A stretch of DNA of 64,000 nucleotides from assembly GCA_000708835.1 (NCBI GenBank), contig DF237018.1, forward strand, positions 1 to 64,000, given 5' to 3'. The notes under the pieces were generated by a model, which worked only from the letters and a program-made list of their open reading frames with translations, did not search any database and was not told where the DNA came from. Within the stretch, counting starts at the first letter, position 1; each line of letters begins with the position of its first letter. The position numbers and the translations under genes are program-made. Of this stretch, positions 35,301 to 48,110 are shown piece by piece. The DNA is from Klebsormidium nitens (Eukaryota > Plantae > Klebsormidiophyceae).

Positions 35301-37606
35301 TCGCTGCTTGCAACTTTGAAAGCTGATTCCGTCAGTGCGGGTCACGAATTGGTTTCAAGCCGGCCAAGCGGCTGCTGCAGGTGCCGCAAGGACGCGGCGG
35401 GCCACTACGTGGCGTTCGACTACGAGCGGCAGGCCGCAAAGGCCCCCGAGAAGCAGAAGCTGACGCCCGCGACGGCCGACGAGCGCGCCGCGGTGTCCGC
35501 AGCGTTCAAAGCGCACTATGTGGCGAGCCTGATGCCCGCGGTGCGCGAGCGCGTGCTGGCGCAGGGGTGGCCCGAGGAGCTGGTGCTGGACGTGGCGCAC
35601 CGCATCAACAGCGGGCTCGGCTCGCTGGGCATGCCGCGCTACTACGTCCTGCTGGACCACCGCACCAACATGCACGCCGACGAGGACCAGGTCAGCGCGC
35701 GCCCCGCGGGGCCGAACGGGAAGACTGATGCTACTAAGCTGTTGTAAATGGTTGGTCGGGTTGCGCAGAACAGGTGGATTGTCTGGTCGTCGGGCTTGCT
35801 TTGGCTTTTGGCGTCGACGGTTCAGCCACGGCCGTAGTTGGTGTTCCCCATTTCAGGCTTCAGTACGTCTCATGTCTCGTGTTCCAGCTATTTACCTCTG
35901 GTGCGTCTCGTGTCCACTATTTTGGAAGAGGGCTGACCCACGGCCACCCTTTTTGAAAGTGACCTGTGACGCTGTTCTTTTGGCTGTTTCAGCTGCCGAT
36001 CGTGGTGGACGTGAAGCTGCAGGGGGGCGGCCCACGCGGGCGGCCGACCCCGTTCTACTTCATGGACCGCAACGAAAAGGCCGAGTACGAAGCCATGTTT
36101 GCCAACGAGGTGAGGAACTCGAAGTACAGCACAATACACAAGTATCCGCACTTCTTCTCCAAGTGATGACAACGGCTACCAATCTGTTTGCTGTCAATGG
36201 CAGAGTGGCACAGTGGCATCCGCTATCCTTTAACGCTCATGTCAAAGTGTGGTCAGCAGTAGAGCCAGAAGTGCGCGCATCTAAGGACGGTCGTCTTCCG
36301 AGGAACGCGCTTTTGGTCAGAATCATCCAAGGCAAATGATCACGAAGCTAACATCGTTTAAGAGCACCTGTACGAAGCCCTCAACTGTCATTACGAAGCG
36401 CGGAGGCAAGCATACCGAAAGTTCTGCATTTAGAATCTCCGGTCTGGCATGGACAAATCAAGGTCCCTGCCCACTCCACCTGCCTTCTTTCAAACAGGTA
36501 TCCTCTCGCAAAAGTTCCGCAAACATTGACAATCTGGCTGCGGTTCCTGCAGGGGGAGCGGCACTTGCGCGCGTGCCAGGCGCTGACCGACGCCACCGAC
36601 CCGTACCTGGGCTATTTAACGCTGCCTGGGGGCGGCCACTTCAGCGTGCGCGAGCGGACGCCCGTGAAGGAGAGCTACCCCGCGCTGGCGGTGGAGGCGG
36701 TGAAGGAGTTCAAGGACCTGCTGCTGGACGGGCGCGACGAGTGGGTGCACATGGCGCGCTCCTGGGGGACCATCCTCGCGACCCTGCACGCGCACGCGCC
36801 GCACGACTTCGACGCCAAGATGGTGAGCGGGGCTGGGCGGGTGCGGTTGGGCTTGGTTCTGGTGGTTAGGGTGGGTTCGAACGTGGAGCGCGTCATGTTC
36901 GTAGCTAGAGAAAGTCAGTTGAGTAGCTATACCGGATGTGGGAGTGGGGCGTCAGAAGCAGGGCGTTTGTTGGGCGAAGCAAGAGGTCCGACGAGAATCA
37001 TGTGAGGTGTTTAAGATGCGAAAGGACGGCTGGACGGGGATCTGAACAGATGCTTGACTTCCGCTGATTGATGTATGGCAGGGTTTCCTCGACTTTCCCT
37101 TCTGCAACGAGATGATTGAATTATCAGTCTTCTTCACGTTCCCGATATCGTCGACTTCGGGGCTGGGGGCCGACGGAGAGCTGGGGCTTTTATTTCGCCG
37201 TGCATTACTCATGTGGTCCTTTTCGCGCAGGGCCGCTTCCATTTCCGGCAGGAGGTGGACCAGCTGACGCGCCACTTCCGCACCGAGTTCGGGGACCTCC
37301 TCTGGCAGGTGAGCGGGCCGCAGTATCACGTCTATTGAAAATTCTCTCGGCAAAGCTGGACTCATACTACGTGTAGCAGCTAACAAGTGGGGGCGGGGAA
37401 GCATAACTCTCTGATATGCTGAAAGGAAGTTTGTCTTTTTTGTCAGAGAAAACAGCAGGTGTGAGGCTGCTTACAGCTTATCATCGACGGCTAATGCGTG
37501 GCTGTGCGTGCAGGTTGCACATGGGTACGCACTGCAAGTGGAGCAGGACTACCTGTACTTCAAGTCGAGCAAGCTGGTGCCAGACGACAGCCGCTCAGCC
37601 AAGTGA
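32320..37606 (+). CDS. DUF2252-family protein (bacterial-type, protein-kinase-like fold) with putative plastid transit peptide; 11 exons
   Basis: Spliced: MAASPFGLYR|GTSHLFWADF, TWLLGDMHIYN|MGAF, YGLNDFDES, YDVWRLAISL, SGLGSLGMPRYYVLL, VVDVKLQ, ATDPYLGY, FSVRE, WGTILATLHA. This series follows the DUF2252 motif order. Ten GT-AG introns join the exons in frame. Confidence 0.85.
35194..35274. repeat. About 40-bp tandem duplication in a DUF2252 intron
   Basis: CGCTTT(T)GAGAAGTCGACCGCTT(T/C)CAGTGCGTCAAAACTT x2. Confidence 0.9.
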
Positions 37607-38852
37607 CCTCTCCATACCAACCAAAAGAGCGCACGCGCTCTCTATGCACATGCCAAGGCATACGGCAAAGCAACATGGCACGAACACCTCAGCGCGGAGA
37701 ACAGCACCGCGGAGATAGCCACGGCCCAGCAATGCTACCGAGAACGCAGATGGTAGTATAGGTGTAAGTACAGCTGTAGGGAACTAACGGACTCCTCGTA
37801 GACGGCCGAGCGGGCTCAGCTAGATTTGACTATCTCACACACTTTGGATCTGCGCGGCCAATAATGTAGCACTAGTGCAATGATGCTTCTGGACGTTTCA
37901 GCAAGATTGTAAGCAAAACGTATCCAGATTTAGCAGGATGAGATAGTCAAGGGCGAATAGAGTTGCTTGTGGAGCTAGGTAGAAAGTAGCTAGCTAACAT
38001 AATCTTTAAGGATTCCAGTTAGTGCTGACTGTAGCTAGACTCATGCAAATCTGAGCTGCAGTGCCGGTGTGTCAAACATTACTGTGTGGCATGATGCACA
38101 TTACGTAGTCACTTTCGAATTGGTTGCTATAGGTGGTCCATCGACTAAAATGAACAGGGCCGGGCCACTCGGATGAACTCGGAACACCGGCGTGCTCATT
38201 CAGCAATTTGACAAATAAGAACCGTTTGGATGTCGGAAAGACATCATTATAGTTGGGTACCATGGGCCGCGCGCGGCCGCTTCCATTTCACGAGGGGATC
38301 GGCTGATCGCGAGCTAGGCGAGGCTTCGCGAGGCGCGGTACGTGCCAGTGACATAATATGTCAGCATGAGTCTTACTGAGTACATGAAGTCGGATCTGTG
38401 TATATACGTCCAACCGGCGGCAGGCGCGGGCACGTACGCCTGCCTGTGCAGCTCCTATAGGGAGCTCGGAGTTGGAGCGTGTCCAACGGGCTGGTCTCTC
38501 ATATGTGCAATCGATCGAGTGTATTACTAGACACTGCATGACCTAGCGCGGCCCCAAGTGACTCGATCGAATGCAACATGCATACATGTAACATGCGTAT
38601 GTCTTTCGGCGGGCCAGCCGCGCTCGAAGTTGCAATTTACAAATATTTGAAAACGGCAATTGGCCGCCCGATCCAGGGCATTATGTAAAACTCACAGGGC
38701 CGCGCTCCTGCCAAATTAGTAAAAAGCGTTTCGTTCGCGAAGACAATGGAGTCCCCCTTGCCATTGAGCCTTCAAAGGGAACCCATGGTCAAGTCAACTC
38801 CCTGTCGGACCGGACCCAACCATGTCGATCTATCGTCCTCTCAAAGATCGTC

Positions 38853-40936
38853 TTAACTCTTTTGATACGTCGAAGGTCCATTGCCTGCAGAATCTGCTGA
38901 CATATCAAACATGCTGAGCAGATCAAGACTCGCTGCCGAGCCTCTAACTGCGGTCATAAGCGTGTTGGCTCGATCAAAGACTTCGTCGAAACCTGCCTGC
39001 ATCGGCTTCCAAATTGCGGGCTCCTTCTGAAGGTTAATCCTTGACTTGGTTCGACTGCCCTCCATCCCAGGACCCAGATCTTGACCGAGAGCCCAGTCTA
39101 GCACACTTTGACTTTTTGATTTTGACTCACTCCGTTTTCGAGGTGCATGTCGCTCATCTTGATTTCGGGCCCCCATCCAATCATCTTGTTCCTCAGAAGG
39201 GCTGCGGTCTCGACGACGGTCGTTGTTACTGGAGGCTGTGCGCTCTTTCGAAGCCCACAATACGCGAGCCGCAATGAGGATGCAGCAGAGGACCGCGCCC
39301 GTGGTCAAAACGACCTGTAATCAAAGGGGACTCGGTTGCTGGTGCTTATCCAGCTGATGAGCCCTCTGCATGGCTAAGTGCGTCAACAGGCAGCACGTCC
39401 AAACGGACATACAGAGTAAGTGAGTCGTGGCAGCTTTGAAGAATCCTCCTAAACTTGTGGGCGCTTCTCAAAGTGTCGCTAAAGATCTCAGGATGCTCGA
39501 TTCATCACAACGTCTGAGCTAACACAATCTGTGATCTTCTATGACCTGCGGCCCCTCACCTCAAGCACGGCCTTGCACAGCCAGACCCCTGCCAGTGCCA
39601 CTACTCCGTACAGCACCGCTTCAACACTCTTCTTTGGCACAGAGCTGGGCAGCGACTTCGTAATGGTCGCCGCCAGAGCCCGGGCTAGCCGTTGCATCCA
39701 CCGAAGAGCAGAGCCGGCTAGGCCCACCAAACCGGCCCGCCCAAACACCAAGCCCTGCATCGACTCCACCCCCCCCTCATCCGAACTTTGCACGTCCATC
39801 CCCTCTTCCGTCTCCGGTACAGCCCTGGCGGGTCTGCTCGGATTCAACGCCTCTGCCGGCAAGGCTCCCCGCCGCTCAGTGTTGTTCTGGGCCTCGGAGG
39901 GCCGCAGTTGTGTACTGGACGACTCAGAACCTGCACGACTCCTCCACCGTCTCCCCTCTGCAACTTGTGACCTCTGGCTCCTGCGACGACGCCCCTCCTC
40001 CCGCAAACCCTCTTCCCCCGTTTTTTGAGTGGTGGCCCCGTTTTCACTTCCACCTTTCTTTTCCGCCGTCCGCTGGGCAGCTTGAAAAGTTGGCACGTTC
40101 CGCTTGGCGCTCTCTTGTAGCGGCACACTTACTGATGCGCCACCATCTGCACTCCTGCCCTCAAAGGTCTCATGCCAAGGCCTTGCGGCTCGCCCTTCGA
40201 GGGCCCCCTCCCTTCCGCTGAAGCGTGAGGCGCCACCGAGGACGTCGCTGGGTTGAGCTCCACGCAAAAGCTCATTCTTTATCAGACGGGGGACTTTATC
40301 AAGAGGTGATGCAACATCCGCATCACCGCTAGCGAAACCTTTGATCCCCTCCAGTGAATCCTGCTCCGCTGACCCGCTTGCTTGGGTTTCTCTGAAGGGC
40401 AGGTCCGCTAGCTGAGGGCTGCTGTTCCAACTTACTTGCGGCCACGAATCAAGACTCGCACCGTACATGGTGCTGCGCCAGGTCTGCTCTTCCAGGTTCT
40501 CAGAGTGAGATATGTTAGAAACTGCGTGGTGCAACTCATTCTGCTCCGCTTCGCTGTCCCAGCATCCTCTCTCCAAATACAGCTGCGATATTGTGTCAAG
40601 GTCGGGAAGCTCGTGCGTATCGCTCTCTGTGTGAGCTTTACGAGAGGATTCCGCCCCCTGAAAGACATCTTCCACTGTCTCCAGTCTGCTGTGACGGTAC
40701 ACCGCATTGACCATCCAAGGGGCAGCCACTTTTCGTGAAACAGCCACTCCCTTTAGTCCCTCCCCCGAAATTGGACGGAGGCAGAGGCCTTTGACCACAG
40801 GTGGCCCATTCTGCTCCTCTCTCAACCGGCCTACACAATGTGTAGTGGACACACTCCGATGGACATCAAAGTCTTGGCTTCCAGCTCTGGCAAAAGCCTT
40901 TGCTGGCCTCAGCGTTGCAGCTCGTGTGGCGTCCAT
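38853..40936 (-). CDS. Putative plastid membrane protein, SHW1-like C-terminal hydrophobic domain; 2 exons (intron about 39315-39556)
   Basis: 465-aa first exon, mostly low complexity, joined to VVLTTGAVLCCILIAARVLW. The segment RWMQRLARA...VEAVLYGVVALAGVWLCKAVLE|VVLTTGAVL resembles the Arabidopsis SHW1 family two-helix region (from memory). Confidence 0.6.
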
Positions 40937-41480
40937 TCAGAGCAGGAAAATGCAAGTTAAAAGAACAGAGGAAAAAAGTCTCTATCCTGGAAAGAGCATC
41001 TTCCAGCGACTTTCCTCAGCTGTCCTCCCTCTCAATCGTTTTGTCTACAGATAGGTAATACAGTCGCTTGTCATGTTGAGCCGGAGTCCTCGCTCTAGGG
41101 AGCTCCACGAAAACTTCACGGCATGTCTGTCTCCCAAACGAAAATCTGCATATTTTTAGAAGCATAAGCGCCTGTGCTCGACCAAGAAACCGTGAGCCGA
41201 CGGCAAGCATTTTCCAGATCCGGGCAGGGCCCCGACAAAGGACCGGCAGATTTACGGCCTACCGTCATTCATAAGAAGATCGGCTTTCAAACAATCTCTT
41301 CAACTTGGAACTTTAAAATCGACGCAGTGAGGAAGACCTCAAGTGTTCAGCTCGCGTAAATTGAGTTCTTGGATCACGCTTTGCTTGCTGCTACAGTGCT
41401 ATAGCACTAGTGCATGTGGCACCATCAACACAAGGGCAGCGCAGCGGTGGCAGCCTTTCCCTGCCGCCAGATTTGACAGG

Positions 41481-44400
41481 ATGGCGTGCGAAGCAGTTGG
41501 GATCACGTGCGCTCAGTTGCAAGCGGTTGGGCCCCGCCTTAAACAACGCGCTGCCCAGCCGATTCCAGAGGTGCCCACCTCCCCAGCGTTTGCGAGGGCT
41601 TCAAAGGGCAGGCGGCAGCGGCAGGGTTTACGTTCCAGCACCCAAAGACAGAGCAGCTGTTGCTGCTGCAGAAGAGGCTTGGAGCAGTTGTTGCAGACCA
41701 AGCTCAGGAGACAAGGTGGCGCATGTTCGGGGTGGGGCTCTGACCATCCCTTTACACTTGAAGCTCATGGTGCCCTTTCGCATCAGAAGAGGGGGGCAGC
41801 CGCAAGGGCAATTGGCGGCCCGCCAAACTCCCGTCGTGGCCCATTAGACAGCCCCGGTACGCTGCCAGAGGTAGAGATCATCACTAGGGAGGGGGTCATT
41901 CGCCGAAATGTGCGGCCCAAAGAGGAGCCAGCGCCAGGCACCGCGGGCCAGCCCAAGGAAGACGAAGAGGTGCAATTTGAATCCTCTGGGGCAGGATTGG
42001 CAGAGGGGTTTGCGAGGTTGCAAGAGCAAGCGGCACGGGCGCAATTGCAGGGGGAGAGGAAGCGGGCGGAAGAGTTTCGGGAAGGGGACACGGGCGCACA
42101 GGGCTTGGGTGGCGCTTCGGCAGGGGGAGAAGAAGGGGAGACGGATCCTGTAAAAGCCAGGATAGCAGCGATGAAGAAGAAGGCTCTGGAGTACAAGGCT
42201 GCGAAGGACGCTTTGTCACAAGGTGGCAGTGGGGTACAATCAACCACGAGACTCGATTCACAAAGCATTGCCGATGCTGCGGAGAGGAGTGGAGGTGAAA
42301 GTTTGTCAGAGGACAATGCAGGCGGGGAATCTGCAGAGGACCCGGTTAAGGCCAGAACAGAAGCAATGAAAAAGAAAGCCCTGGAGTACAAAAGTGCGCA
42401 AGCGGCCCCTAGCCCCCCAGTCCAGCCTGCAGCTTCCGAACCTGACCCCCTAGAAAACGTCATCCAGCCCCCCGAGGAATCCGAAGGAGGGGGCATCGGC
42501 CCTGAGCTGGCGTTGCTGATGTCACAACGGCGGCGAATTGAAGCGTCCCCTTATGCAAATGTTATTAAGCCGTTGGAGCGCCCGAGCGAGGAGAATATGC
42601 CGGAAATTGAGATTGAGGTGGGAAACCAGGGGGCGGTGAATGGGCCACCGAGTCAGCGGGTGTTGGACCAACAGGAGGACGAGGAGTATAAGCCCAAGGT
42701 GGCGACATGGTGAGACGAAGTGTCCTGTTGGAACCTCCTTTGATGTGTTCTAGACATCTACAAAAAGAGTGGCTCTGGCGTCAGTACAATCTGTTGCGGG
42801 CATCGGGAGCTTTATCGAATCTGGCCACTGTGGTTGTGAATGGGATAACTTCATGATACTTTCGCTCTGGCCAGGCCCCCGTGCCCAGGCGGCTGAATAT
42901 ATCTTGAGCCCTTAAGGTCACCGAAGTTCATCCTTATTTTGGGATTGCCGACTCAGTCGTTCCAGTCCACTGTAAGCCTCTCTTGCTGGAAACACTGAAT
43001 CGTACGTGAGCGTCATTAGAAGCAATCTATCATGAGCGAATAGAGGACACGTGGCAGTCATCCGCGCTTTGACCCCCTTGCTTTCCCAATTGCAGGGGAG
43101 TATTCCCGCGGCCTCAGAACATCAGCCAGGCGGTGAGTGGCCCGCTGAGATATGTGTCATCCAAGCCAACGTTGCATAAGGATACTCCAACCAACGACAA
43201 TTCGAGATCCCAGCCACGTTTCCTGTCATTGGCGACGCATCCTTATCCTTTCTTGGCTCAGTCCTGAAGCCCAAGGGTGTCTTGCCCATGCCTGTGAGAC
43301 GGTCGCTGACGTCATACTTCAAGACGTCAAGAACAAGAACCTTCTTCTTACGTTCACCCTTTGTGACTGCGCAGTACGGAGGGGGGCGCACGATCCGGCC
43401 GGGTGAGGCGTTGATCAGCGACGAAGAGAAGGCGGCGCGGGACAAGAAGACCATGGCACTGATTGACGCGTACAAGAAGAAGATGGGCATCGAGATGGAG
43501 CCGGCACTGAAAGAAAAGGCCGAGAAGGTGGGCCGTCCGCTCAGGCTTCGAAACACAATGTCCTCTGCGTTTTTGGTAGCATCTGTGCTCAATATTTCGG
43601 GAAAAGTTTGGGTACTAGGTCTCGTAGATCATCAAGGTAGGAAGTGATTATGGGTGTGCTCGTAATCTTGCCACCCTTGCAGAGATGCCAAGGACTGTAG
43701 ACGAGGGGGGAATTTGTAAATGAAGAAATTTTTCCAAGGCATGGATGGTGTGAATTTACGAGAGCTCTGAAACTGAAGAGACGTCATTCCGTTGCGTCTG
43801 AGCTGTGCTTGTGGAAATCGTCAATTGTACTGCGTCTGACTGTGAACCTCGTCTGCTGACTCCTTTTAGGCGCTTGCTGCGGGGGAGGCATTGATGAAGC
43901 GCGGGGCGCTCCGGCAGTCGCTCGTCTACTTTGACGAGGTTGTCCAGGAGACGCCCTTCAGAGTGAGCACGCGCACCACGAGGCCTCCCCGCGCTTCTCG
44001 TTTCTTAGTACTTTCATCTAGGGTGTGTCTGGAATGCTGGAAAGCAATTGCTCACTTGGGCTTCTTCTACCCTCGAACGTCAGCCAGTGTCACTTGGGAA
44101 ACGCGGAAAAGGAACGATCATCGAACTCCGGACAACCCCTTCACTTCCAAGAGCGTGCATGTGCGAGTTTACACCGGCTCTGCTTTTCAAAGTCTGACTG
44201 GGCTCGACAGACTGTAGCCCTTCATCCGCTACCACCGTCGGTTCAGAACGTGCTTGATTGAGTCGTTCAAAGGTTTCGACGTTCCCCGTCCATCGATTTC
44301 AACTGCTCGCGACTTTCGGGTCCGCCCAACAACGTCCTCCGAGTTGAGGACATGCAGATTGTCGACGAATTGACCAAGGGCCGCTTGAGCAAATCAAACA

Positions 44401-45737
44401 CGTTCCGAAGCTGCCAGTCAAGGCCCACACCGGTCCCGCTTGGTCAGTTTTGGAGTCACTGGCTCTCTTCAAAGAAAGAAACTTTCGTTCTTCCTCCGCT
44501 TGGGTGTCGCTGGCTCACTTCATTGAAAATCATCCGTTCCTTCTCTGCTTCAAATGTGAGTCGCTGGCGTTCTAAAATGGAAACAGAACGATTCAAATTT
44601 TCTGTGCTCCAGTCGGAGGTGCACGGCGCGGCGCTGCTGAACAAGGCGGTGGTGTTGGATTCGTTGAGCGAGTCGGAGGCGGCGCGGCCGCTGTACGAGA
44701 AGCTGGCGCAGCACCCGAAGGCTTACATCTCGAGGAAGGCGGGGCAAATGCTGTTCGGGTTTCAGGTGAGGCGTGGGGGCACGTCGAAAACCCAGTGCGC
44801 CGAAGTACTGGGAGTTGTGTTGGAGCGGGGTTTACAGGGGGCCAATACCTGCGAGTTTGAGCGTTGCTTGTCTGTGAATTTCTACCTCTGCTGGAGGCGG
44901 TGCCATTTTTAGAAGTTCGAGAGGCAAGTATGTGGAAATCCTTATTGCACCGGGCTTGGGTTGGAGCGGACAGTCTCGAGGATGGCAGTGCTTGAAATAC
45001 TCGAGCGAGCATCACTGTTTCAAGATGCCGACAAACGCAACGCCAGCAACCGTTGCACTGGTGCGCTTCGTTTTGAATGGTTACGACTTCGGACGGGTGA
45101 CCATCAAAACCGACTTTCAACGGGTAAACCATAGCTCCACTCGTCGGCAGTCTCTTTGATAGCCTCTGATCTATAGGGCAGAACTTCAGATGCTAACGTT
45201 GACAGTCTTCGACTGAGAAAAACACTTATGTTGGCTGGACTTCATCTCTACTGAGCGAAATCTGGTTCTTCGCGGCCACTAGTGCTTCTGATCGCTGCTC
45301 GTCTGAAACAGCAAGCATACGATAACCCCTAGCAGCCAGTCTGTACCAGAGCAGTGTTGTAGTTGCAAGTCGCGGGTTTCTGAATTTAAAACCACCCCAA
45401 ACAAGCTATGACCTTTTTCTTGGTCCACGACGCCGCTGCCCTTGACTCCGCTAACTCCTGACTCCGAATTGCCAACCCGAGTCTTGCCGTTGGGTGCCTT
45501 CAGGCGGCGGAGAAGCTCAAGTTCAGCAAGAACAAGATCAAGTTCCACGACCCGTCTGTGTACCAGAAGTACCTCAGCCGCTTCAGCAACGGCTACGACA
45601 ACACGTACGCGCCGTCCGCCGCGGAGGTCGAGCAGAGCGCGCGCGACGCGAGCAAGTCGACGGTCTTCGCGCTGGCCATGGTCGGGGCGCCGCTCGTCCT
45701 CATTGGAGCACTTATAGCGTCCCGGGGGCTCATCTGA
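41481..45737 (+). CDS. Plastid TPR-like protein (similar to the Arabidopsis At1g78915 type), 6 exons, C-terminal TM helix
   Basis: YKPKVATW|GVFPRPQNISQA|YGGGRTIRPGE, ALIDAYKKKMG, EALMKRGALRQSLVYFDEV, SEVHGAALL...LDSL...ARPLYEKLAQHP...SRKAGQMLFGFQ|AAEKLK; hydrophobic C-terminus; canonical splice sites. Confidence 0.85.
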
Positions 45738-46725
45738 GGAGAGCGACGGGACAAGTACATTTTTGACGAGATAATTTGCGGAAGCTGAGTAGGTGTGCAG
45801 AGAGCGCTCTTTCGTCGAACGACGGCAAGTCAGACTCTTGGAAGTCCCTGGAGTTGTCCCTCTTCTTTTGAGGTGAACCTGATTGAAGCGGTCGAAAGCG
45901 GAAGTGGCCAGCGGAACGCTCGATGATTTTGAGACCCCCCCGGATTGTACTCGTAGGCAAGGGACAAAGACGACATCTTTACGTCCTCTTCACCATTCCA
46001 TTACTGGCTTACACGGAACTAAGATCCTCCACAAGTTCGAGTATAAAGTTCCGAAATGTTCGGGCTTGCTGAGACAGATTGGACCAAAGCTTCTTTTGAA
46101 CGCATCTCATACTTGGCGGGCTGGATCGCTCTGGCCAATGCTTTGCGCATGCTACGCTGCGCTTGCAAAGATGATCGACATCAAGATCTTGCTGACGTAG
46201 TCCGATGATCAGTGCATTACCTTCCCTCTTGCAAAGGCCGATGACTACGCAATGATTGCATGTGCTATGAGCTGATTGTGCGTTGTTTCATAATCGTAGA
46301 CCACGGCTTAACAATTTCCATTGGATGGCATGCCGATCGAATATGCAATCCCTAAGGTCGAAACCTTCAGGGAAACGTGCCCCAGCTAGGGGAAACGCCC
46401 ATTTTGCCACGCCGCGCAGTCCGCTCACGAAGTCCTGTACAAATGAACTGGCGGCCGCGGCCCATGGTCACTTCGACATGATGAACAGACTCCGTTAGCA
46501 ACCAATTGCATGTGAGCTGGATCGACAATTGTAACATACATGTTGGGGCCGTCTGGCGACGGCCAAGGCTTGCCTCTTCCGATTTATCGACCGGCTGGAA
46601 TTAAGCACACAGAGACGACCCGGGCAGAGGAGCCTGTACACAAGTCTCAGTTTCGAAGTCTGGAAGTTTCGACGTCGGTACCCTTCCATGCACGAACTTC
46701 GACGGCGAAGCTGTCGAAGCACCCT

Positions 46726-47023
46726 TGCTCGGAAGCGGCGACGAAATAAGCAGCTAGGCTATCGTTTTGATGTCGCGGCGGTGTCGCGGCTGCTCGGAAG
46801 CAGCGACAAAACAACGCATGCACAATTTCAACCGCACGATTATTTCTCGACGGACGGCCCACAAACATGGCATCAAGGGCCACACCATTCTGAGGCGACG
46901 CATCCATGTCGTACAGCGGACAATGGTCGCCATCGAAGCTCCGACGGCTGCTCGGAAGCAGCGGCCAGACAGGGCACACACTTTTCAACCGCACGATGAA
47001 TCCTCGACGGACGGCCACAAACA
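46726..47023. repeat. Diverged about 80-bp direct repeat (2 copies plus a partial third)
   Basis: Copies at 46787-46867 and 46945-47023 share CGGCTGCTCGGAAGCAGCG, TTTCAACCGCACGAT and CTCGACGGACGGCC; partial TGCTCGGAAGCGGCGAC at 46726. Confidence 0.85.
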
Positions 47024-48110
47024 ATCATCGAGGGGAATCCCACACGCCGCTGCATTTACATTTCATAAATGCCAGTCACCTGCTGGTCGCCCAACACAAC
47101 TAAGCGTCGACATAAATCAGGCGACATCCAACCATAGCGCCCCACTCAACATGACGCCAATGCATCGACGCGAAATCGAGCATCTACGCCGCATTGCGCG
47201 CCAGTCTGGCAAAGGTTTTCAACGTTTTATGGGAACTATTCTCCTTTTTCCTGTACGTTTTATCGTCGAACGCCCGCCAATCGAGCAAGGTCGAAGCGCC
47301 TCGATCGCCAGGGCCGCGCCGCGGCGTCATACAGCGCCGAAATCGGCGTCCCCTATATCTCCCCTCTTCCGAAGGAAGAGGCAAGCCAACATAGGCCAGT
47401 CTGTTGGCATAATTATAATGATTGCCATGCTTCGACCTGCATGCATGAGAACCGTCCAAGCAATTAGGAAATCTGTTAGTACGGTATCCATGTATTCATT
47501 GCTTCAATGCGCCAGTTTGCCGTGAATGCATGCACGTTGAAATCAATTATATATATAGGCGTATAATTCAACCTTCAGTGATCTCGATTAAGGACGTGTG
47601 CAATACAAGTAAAGGTGGCGGACAGATGCTATATGTATAGCTCGTCGGGCAGCGAAGACTTAGTGACTTATGTGGCGTTCTGCTTGCATGTTGTAAAGCT
47701 CAGCTCTCGCTGTACGGAAGTAAGAGATGTGCAATCTCTAACAAGTGAATTTATGTGAACGTGTAGAAATGGTGCTCTTACGAATCACAAGCTGCGGTTA
47801 TTCTTGCAAGGAAATAAGGCTGCCTCTTACCAGCTTCATTGCATGAGGGTACTGGAAGTAGCCAATGAAAGCGGCCAAAAGGAGAAGCGCGAGAAAGCCC
47901 AGCTATGTTGGCAACGACCCGTCTACTGTTGATTAGAGGAGGATTGTTGCCCGTATTGTTGTTGAATTGCATGGCCAGAGCTCTCAATAATTGATGAACC
48001 GCATCTTTGTTTGCCGATTGCCTCAGGCCAGATATGTTGTGCGCTTGAGCAAGGTGCATCATGCAGATCCGGTTCCGAGATTGACTTTCGTGCAAATCTA
48101 GAACGATGGA

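Noticed and set aside
9990-37320. Introner-like repeated introns
   Set aside because: The introns share only an extended donor consensus (GTGAGCCG-like); no internal similarity was seen.
38419-38460. Helitron 3' terminus
   Set aside because: A hairpin is present but no CTRR follows at the expected distance on either strand.
46767-47525. 252-aa plus-strand ORF
   Set aside because: Non-ATG start, Arg/His-rich composition, overlaps a DNA repeat, no recognisable motif.
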